Positions 58,536 to 64,000 of a stretch of DNA of 64,000 bases are shown piece by piece. Position 1 is the stretch's first letter. Each line of letters begins with the position of its first letter. The notes beneath the pieces were generated by a model, which was given only the letters and a program-made list of their open reading frames with translations, had not been told where the DNA came from and ran no database searches. The translations under genes were made by a program, and so were the position numbers. Origin of the DNA: an uncultured Acidobacteriota bacterium (GTDB lineage Bacteria; Acidobacteriota; Vicinamibacteria; Vicinamibacterales; UBA2999); NCBI GenBank assembly GCA_963734635.1, contig CAVTIA010000014.1:720192-784191 (forward strand), given 5' to 3'.

Positions 58536-59603
58536 TCACGATGTAATCCTCAGCAGCTTCGTGAGATTGCCGCTGAGAATCTGTTCTTTCTCCGCGTCGC
58601 TGAGAAACGGTGCATTGAGCACCAGGTCCACGGTCACGGGCCAGTTGAACGGGTTGTCCGTGCCGTAGACGATCTGACCAACGCCCACTTCAGCTACGAG
58701 GTGGCGCAGTCCCTCTTCCGAGAAGATCATCGTGTCGATAAGGATTTGCGACCGCAGGTACTCCTTCGGCTTTTTCGTGTTGGCGCATTTCGCGTTGTTA
58801 CGCACATCACACGCGACGTCCGTGCGCATGACGTACGACGGCAGGTAGCCGCCCGCATGCGCCCCGCACACGCGCAGCCGCGGGTGACGGTCGAACACGC
58901 CGTCGAAGATCAACCGTGTGAGGAAATACGTCGTCTCGAGCGGATTGCCGATGATGTTGCCGACATCGCCTCGTCCGCGCCAGGCGCCTTCTTTGATGAT
59001 GTTGTCGGCGCCGCCCGGGTGCATGAACACGAGCTCACCCATTTCGGCCGCCTTGGCCCAGAACGGATCGAACTTGGGCAGTGAAAGGTCTTCGCCGTTG
59101 ACATGCCCGCCCAGCGTGACACCGCGCGCGTTGAAACGAGTGACCGCATCCTGCAATATCTCGGCAGCCAGTTCCGGGAATTGAAGCGGAACCGACGCCA
59201 TCGCGACGAAGCGGCCGGGGTACTTCTTCACCCACTGCGCCAGTCCTTCGTTCTGTGCGTTGCAGATGGCGCGCGCGAGCCCCTGGTCCTTGACGCCGTA
59301 CCACCAGAAGCCGTTGATGCTCAGGGCCTGAACATCGAGGCCCTGCTTGTCCATGGCAAGGATGCGCTGGTCCAGGCCGGGATTGCCTCCGGCCTGCTTC
59401 TCGAATGGCGTGCCTTTGACGACATCGCCCAGCGGAATGTCCGTGTGGGCATGCACGTCGACGACCCGAACACGGCGTCCCGCAATCGAGACCTGCCGGC
59501 GTGCCGCGGGCGCCTGCGCCTCGCCCGGCCGACCGTGGCCGATGACGTATAGACCGGCAGTCGCACCGCCGACGCTCCTGAAGAAATCTCTTCGATTAGG
59601 CAT
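58536..59603 (-). CDS. Tat-exported amidohydrolase_2-family protein (copy 3 of 3)
   Basis: MPNRRDFFRSVGGATAG; RVVDVHAH; 355 aa. Confidence 0.75.
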   Translation of the reverse strand: MPNRRDFFRSVGGATAGLYVIGHGRPGEAQAPAARRQVSIAGRRVRVVDVHAHTDIPLGDVVKGTPFEKQAGGNPGLDQRILAMDKQGLDVQALSINGFWWYGVKDQGLARAICNAQNEGLAQWVKKYPGRFVAMASVPLQFPELAAEILQDAVTRFNARGVTLGGHVNGEDLSLPKFDPFWAKAAEMGELVFMHPGGADNIIKEGAWRGRGDVGNIIGNPLETTYFLTRLIFDGVFDRHPRLRVCGAHAGGYLPSYVMRTDVACDVRNNAKCANTKKPKEYLRSQILIDTMIFSEEGLRHLVAEVGVGQIVYGTDNPFNWPVTVDLVLNAPFLSDAEKEQILSGNLTKLLRITS

Positions 59604-59740
59604 GGGTGCTCCTTGAATGAATCAAGAGGAGTAAGTAGGTGAGCGAACTCTACACCTGACCGGGGTCAGGGGGAAGGGGGTGGGAAGGGTTATGCTATGG
59701 GGTCCTTTTACAGGTTCCTCAGATCAGGGAAGGAACGCTT

Positions 59741-62074
59741 ATGAAGCTGTGCAGGATGATGTCAGTGCTCCTCGTTGTGCTCGGCGGCCTCGCGTCGGAC
59801 GCCGCGGCACAGAACGCGGCCGCGAGGGCCACTCCCCCGTCGGCCATTCCTACCGTGTCGCTCGCGAACATCGCCCGCCAGGGCTTTTGGTATGCCGGCG
59901 GCAAGTACGTCGGGGAGCTCGGTGAAGAGAAAGAAGCCACCATGGGCGGTGCCATGTACGTGGAAGTCATGGTGCCCAAGCAGATCAGGTCGCCGTACCC
60001 GATCGTATTCGTCCACGGCGCGGAAGGGAGCGGCGTCGCCTGGCTGCAGACGCCCGACGGACGCCCCGGCTGGGCCTACAACTTCCTCGACATGGGCTAT
60101 GTCGTCTACTTGACCGATGTCCCGACGCGCGGCCGCTCGCAGTACGTGCCGGGCGTCGATGGCGCCCTCAACTATCGGACGGCGCCGATCCTCGAACAGA
60201 ATTTCACCGCCTCCGCGTCCCGCGGCAATTTCCCGGCGGCCAAGAAGCACACGCAGTGGCCCGGCCCGGGCCGCATGGGCGACGCGGTGTTCGACGAGTT
60301 CGCCAAGAGCCAGGTACAGTATTCGGCGGGCGGAGCCCGGAATGAAGCGCTGACGCGCGACGCGTACGTGGCGCTGCTCGACGCGATCAACACGCCGGTC
60401 ATCCTGTTGACCCACTCGCAAGGGGGGACCGCTGGCTGGCTGGTCGCCGACGCCCGGCCCAGTCTCGTCAAAGCCATCGCGACCGTCGAGCCGCAGGCGC
60501 CGCCGATCCGCAGCGTCGATAACGTGAAGGTGGCCTACAACCAGGGCGGCGGTCTCGCATGGGGCGTCGCCAACAGCCCTATCGCCTACGAGCCGGCCAT
60601 CGCCGACGCGACAGAGCTTCAGACCACGCTCGAGGCGCAGGCGCCCTCGGCCGACAAGGTGCCCTGCTACGTGCAGCAGGAGCCGGCTCGCAAGCTGAAG
60701 AACCTGCAGCGCATCCCGGTGCTGTTCCTGTCGATGGACGCGAGCTACCACCGCGCGTACGACCACTGCCTGGCGAAATGGCTCAATCAGGCAGGGGTCA
60801 CGACGCAGTACGTCGAACCGGAAACGGTCGGCATCTCGGGCAACAGCCACGTGATGATGCTCGAGAAGAACAGCGCCGATATCGCCAGGTACATCGGCAA
60901 CTGGCTCGGCACCAACGCGCGGCCCGGCCGCGGCGAGAACACGTCGCGTGCCGTGCCGCCGAAGACGATCCCGACTTTTTCAGTCGAGGACATCGCGCGC
61001 AAAGGCGTCTTCCACGCCGGGGGCGAGTACTGGGGTGAGGGCGACCGCCGCGTGATGCGCGGCGCGATGTACACGGAGGTATGGGTGCCGCGCCAGATCC
61101 GGCATCCCAACCCGATCGTGCTGTTCCACGGCAACGGGCAGACCGGTGTCGACTGGCTGCAGACGCCAGACGGGCGCGCGGGCTGGGCCTACAGGCTCAT
61201 CGAAGAAGGCTTCGTCGTCTACATGGTGGACTATCCCGCGCGCGGGCGGTCGGGCTACGTGCCCCTGCCGGGGGCGGACGGCAAGACGCCGCTCGACGGC
61301 AACCTCGGCATCCGCACGGCGCTCGAGATCGAACGCATCTGGACCAACGCGCGCGAGCGGGGCGATTTTCCGCTGAAGATGAACCACACCCAGTGGCCCG
61401 GTTCCGGCAAGATGGGCGACCCGGTGTTCGATTTCTTCATGAAGACCCAGGTGCAGTTTGCCGGCGCGACCGGGCAGCTGGTTCGCGCGGCTGGCGTCGC
61501 GTTGCTCGAGCGAATCGGAACGCCGGTCATTCTGTTCACTCACTCACAGGGCGGAGGATTTGGTTTCGACATCACCGAGGCGCGTCCGCAGCTCGTTCGG
61601 GTGATGGTGACCGCCGAACCCGGAGGGCCGCAGTTCGGCGGCGCTGATACTGCCAAGGTGACGGCCGGTCCGCGGAATCCGAATTCGTGGGGTCTGACGA
61701 ACAACCGCTACGAATACGATCCGCCGGCCAGTTCACCTGCGGACCTGCAGGTGGTACTGGAAGAGAAGTCCGACAGGCCGGATGAGGTGCGTTGCTGGAT
61801 GCAGGTGGAACCGGCGCGCAAGCTGGCGAAATGGAAAGGTATGCGCGTGCTCGCAATATCCGCCAGCGGAACGTATCACCGGGTATATGACCCGTGCATC
61901 CCGAAGTTCCTCAATCAGGCAGGCGTCAGAACCGATTTCGTGCGCCTCGAGGACGTGGGTATCAGCGGGAACAGCCACATGATGATGTCCGAGAGGAACA
62001 GCGACGACGTCATCGAGTTCGTCGTCGGGTGGATCCGCAAGAATGCGCCGGCAACGGTGACTGGCACGAGATAG
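59741..62074 (+). CDS. secreted protein made of two tandem alpha/beta-hydrolase modules
   Basis: The two halves are colinear (IARQGFWYAGGKY...THSQGGTAGW versus IARKGVFHAGGEY...THSQGGGFGF); 777 aa. Confidence 0.75.
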   Translation: MKLCRMMSVLLVVLGGLASDAAAQNAAARATPPSAIPTVSLANIARQGFWYAGGKYVGELGEEKEATMGGAMYVEVMVPKQIRSPYPIVFVHGAEGSGVAWLQTPDGRPGWAYNFLDMGYVVYLTDVPTRGRSQYVPGVDGALNYRTAPILEQNFTASASRGNFPAAKKHTQWPGPGRMGDAVFDEFAKSQVQYSAGGARNEALTRDAYVALLDAINTPVILLTHSQGGTAGWLVADARPSLVKAIATVEPQAPPIRSVDNVKVAYNQGGGLAWGVANSPIAYEPAIADATELQTTLEAQAPSADKVPCYVQQEPARKLKNLQRIPVLFLSMDASYHRAYDHCLAKWLNQAGVTTQYVEPETVGISGNSHVMMLEKNSADIARYIGNWLGTNARPGRGENTSRAVPPKTIPTFSVEDIARKGVFHAGGEYWGEGDRRVMRGAMYTEVWVPRQIRHPNPIVLFHGNGQTGVDWLQTPDGRAGWAYRLIEEGFVVYMVDYPARGRSGYVPLPGADGKTPLDGNLGIRTALEIERIWTNARERGDFPLKMNHTQWPGSGKMGDPVFDFFMKTQVQFAGATGQLVRAAGVALLERIGTPVILFTHSQGGGFGFDITEARPQLVRVMVTAEPGGPQFGGADTAKVTAGPRNPNSWGLTNNRYEYDPPASSPADLQVVLEEKSDRPDEVRCWMQVEPARKLAKWKGMRVLAISASGTYHRVYDPCIPKFLNQAGVRTDFVRLEDVGISGNSHMMMSERNSDDVIEFVVGWIRKNAPATVTGTR

Positions 62075-62087
62075 GTTGGGGATTTCA

Positions 62088-62188
62088 GGCTTCGGGCTTT
62101 AGGCTGTAGGCTTTGGGCTTCGTCTGGTTGTCACCTCGCGCTTCACGCGGGTCGCACGCCGAGAGCCAAGCGCCTAAAGCCCAGAGCC
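62088..62188. repeat. GGCTTT/AAAGCC word-repeat palindrome
   Basis: Left GGCTTCGGGCTTTAGGCTGTAGGCTTTGGGCTTCG; right GCCGAGAGCCAAGCGCCTAAAGCCCAGAGCC. Confidence 0.6.
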
Positions 62189-62216
62189 ATGGGCCGTTCT
62201 TTGGAGGATAGACATC

Positions 62217-63503
62217 ATGCGTAAGCGTACGTGGTTCGTGGTGACGGCCGCTCTTGCCCTGACCGCAGCGTTCCTGCTCGGCAGGTGGCTGACACCTGTG
62301 CCGGTTGAGGCGCAGCAGCAGCCGACCCGGGTTGCAGCGGTACCAGGTGAAAAGGGTGGCCAGGATATGTACGGCGGCTATGAGCCCGTCACGGGCTGGC
62401 CGAAGCCGTTGTCCTCGGTGCCTGGCGTTGGCAAGTGGACGTGGGGCGCGGGACAGGGCGTCTTCGCCGAGAGCCCGAACCGCGTGTTCGTCCTTCAGCG
62501 CGGCATGCTGCCGGAGGTCGAGCGTCCCAAGACAGTGAAGATCGCGCCGAGCGTCGAGTTCCCGATCGGTCGCCTGCCATGGCGCGACGCAACGTCCGCG
62601 AGCCCGCCTGGAGCGCTGTTCAAGCAGGGCACGCAGGAGCCGGGCGACGATCTCGACGCCGGGCAACCGGATGTCGATTACAAGTGGGGCCGGATCATCA
62701 ACGTCATCGATGCGCAGGGAAACCACATCGAAGACTGGACGCAGTACGACAAGATGTTCCGACGCCCGCATTCGGTGTTCGAGAGCCCGTACGATCCGCA
62801 GAAGGACGTGTGGATCGTCGACGACTATCGGCACGCGATCTTCCGCTTCAGCAACGACGGCAAGAAGCTGTTGCAGACGATTGGCACGCCGAACGTGCCG
62901 GGCACGGACGCAACCCATTTCTACCGCCCGACGTTCATCGCGTGGGCGCCGAACGGCGACTTCTACGTCGCCGACGGCTATCAGAACACTCGCGTCGTGA
63001 AGTTCGATCGCACCGGCAAGTACCTGATGGCCTGGGGCGAGCGGGGTGAGAACGGCAAGGAGACACGTCTCGGTTATTTCAACAACGTCCACGGCGTCGC
63101 AGTCGATCCGCAGACCGGCCGTGTGTTCGTGAACGATCGAGGCAATCGCCGCATCCAGGTGTTCGATGCCAACGGCAAGCCGCTGGACAGCTGGAGCGTC
63201 GGGGCACCGCCTGCGGACATCCATCTTGTGTACATGGACGGCTCGCGGATGTTGTGGGCGTTCGATCGCGCCTCGTCGAAGATGATCAAGTACGACCTGA
63301 GCGGAAACCTGCAGTACACCTGGGGCATGTGGGGCAACGCGGGCGGTTTCTGGGGCGTGCACGGGATGCACGTCGATTCCGAAGGCAACTTCTACGTGGC
63401 CGAAGTCGACAATGGCGGCGCACAGAAGTTCCGTCCTCGCGCCAGCGCAAACCCAGCGTTCCTGCTGACCAAACCAGCGGCGCCGGCAACGGGAACAAGG
63501 TAG
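62217..63503 (+). CDS. NHL-repeat beta-propeller protein (peptidylglycine-amidating-lyase-like)
   Basis: APNGDFYVADGYQNTRVVKFD, VHGVAVDPQTGRVFVNDRGNRRIQVFD and GNFYVAEVDNGGAQKF are NHL-type blades. Confidence 0.65.
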   Translation: MRKRTWFVVTAALALTAAFLLGRWLTPVPVEAQQQPTRVAAVPGEKGGQDMYGGYEPVTGWPKPLSSVPGVGKWTWGAGQGVFAESPNRVFVLQRGMLPEVERPKTVKIAPSVEFPIGRLPWRDATSASPPGALFKQGTQEPGDDLDAGQPDVDYKWGRIINVIDAQGNHIEDWTQYDKMFRRPHSVFESPYDPQKDVWIVDDYRHAIFRFSNDGKKLLQTIGTPNVPGTDATHFYRPTFIAWAPNGDFYVADGYQNTRVVKFDRTGKYLMAWGERGENGKETRLGYFNNVHGVAVDPQTGRVFVNDRGNRRIQVFDANGKPLDSWSVGAPPADIHLVYMDGSRMLWAFDRASSKMIKYDLSGNLQYTWGMWGNAGGFWGVHGMHVDSEGNFYVAEVDNGGAQKFRPRASANPAFLLTKPAAPATGTR

Positions 63504-63513
63504 GGCGACGGAT

Positions 63514-63625
63514 CGTCTTTAGTCTTTCGTCTTTGGTCTTTGGTGGGGCCCGGCAAAGCGCCGGGCCCCTTGTTTTTTCCGATCCATGGGCGAGACTAAG
63601 GACCACAGACCAAGGACCAGAGACC
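63514..63625. repeat. GTCTTTGG/CCAAGGAC word-repeat palindrome enclosing a terminator
   Basis: Left arm CGTCTTTAGTCTTTCGTCTTTGGTCTTTGGT (63514..63544); right arm GAGACTAAGGACCACAGACCAAGGACCAGAGACC (63592..63625). Confidence 0.6.
63545..63578 (+). terminator. rho-independent terminator
   Basis: Perfect 10-bp stem GGGGCCCGGC / GCCGGGCCCC with a 5-nt loop, followed by TTGTTTTTT, 42 nt after the stop of 62217..63503. Confidence 0.8.
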
Positions 63626-64000
63626 TCCTTTTGATCTACCTCCTCTTCTTCCTCTCCGGCATCAGCGGCCTGATCTATCAGGTCGTCTGGGTACGCGTCT
63701 TCGGCAACGTCTTCGGCAACACGATCTATTCGGCCTCGATCGTCGTCGCGGTGTTCATGCTCGGTCTTGGTGTGGGCAGCTACGTGGTGGGCGCCTGGGC
63801 AGACCGCCGCTACGCCCGACTCCGTTTGTTCGAATTACGTCCAGGCTCGGCCGAGCCTCGCTCGAACGCCGATGCGCCTCCGCATTCGTTGCTGCGCGTG
63901 TACGGCACGTTCGAAATCGTCATTGCGGCGATGGGACTGGCGATTGCGGCGGTGCTGCCACACCTCGGAGCAGTGTCGGCGCTCGTTTCCAGTTATGTAC
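63586..64000 (+). CDS. membrane protein, N-terminal part of a spermidine-synthase-like/fused-MFS family (partial, runs off the window)
   Basis: LLIYLLFFLSGISGLIYQVVWVRVFGNVFGNTIYSASIVVAVFMLGLGVGS is typical of that family. The ATG 63586 frame is open to the window end; the first 12 codons are repeat-encoded. Confidence 0.6.
   Translation, partial: MGETKDHRPRTRDLLLIYLLFFLSGISGLIYQVVWVRVFGNVFGNTIYSASIVVAVFMLGLGVGSYVVGAWADRRYARLRLFELRPGSAEPRSNADAPPHSLLRVYGTFEIVIAAMGLAIAAVLPHLGAVSALVSSYV

Noticed and set aside
62085-63371. 428-aa minus-strand ORF mirroring the NHL-repeat gene
   Set aside because: Arginine/histidine-rich translation with no motifs. The plus-strand frame gives canonical NHL blades, a signal/TM start and an SD. 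The same reasoning applies to 59762..60850, 39448..40704, 43172..44482, 26045..27532, 28836..29939, 2314..3402, 51..809, 12027..12755, 13472..14629, 21399..22367, 57516..58529 and 50539..51450.

Overview
64-kb, roughly 65% GC bacterial chromosomal segment. The gene content (CarboxypepD_reg-type TonB receptor, ECF sigma/Ser-Thr kinase pairing, TPR- and PD40-tailed kinases, many secreted hydrolases, FG-GAP-type propellers) looks like soil Acidobacteriota, but the taxon is only my guess. I count about 48 protein genes, mostly on the minus strand and mostly with Sec or Tat signal peptides. The window is very paralog-rich: 3 FG-GAP-type repeat proteins, 3 DUF6152-like small proteins, 2 partner secreted proteins, 2 CarboxypepD_reg-CXXCH-propeller proteins, 2 dihaem plus 2 other c-type cytochromes, 3 MBL-fold hydrolases, 3 tandem Tat-amidohydrolase_2 genes, 5 alpha/beta hydrolases, and 3 Ser/Thr kinases (one only a stub). 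More ordinary genes are mdh, Dps, a split UxaA-type dehydratase, a SulP transporter, a BON/SRPBCC protein and one HK/RR pair. I recognised no rRNA, tRNA, CRISPR, transposase or integrase. Main non-standard signals: (1) a 691-bp inverted-repeat-bounded element carrying a 23S-IVS-type four-helix-bundle gene, plus three ORF-less hairpin copies and a solo arm. (2) 'Word-repeat' palindromes and GTAG...CTAC REP-like hairpins occur in many of the intergenic gaps, and several donate start/stop codons or terminal peptides to flanking genes. (3) A FAD monooxygenase gene is split by an exactly 1041-bp cassette made of an ECF sigma gene and the 5' stub of a kinase gene. (4) The DUF6152-like proteins have a predicted mature N-terminus of His-His and sit in a gene module that recurs three times. 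(5) At least 11 single-nucleotide frame breaks interrupt otherwise well-conserved genes; assembly error and real decay cannot be told apart from the sequence alone. Start coordinates come from ORF-track arithmetic plus Shine-Dalgarno inspection. Note that the ORF track prints M for GTG/TTG starts. Family names are from memory of motifs, not from searches.
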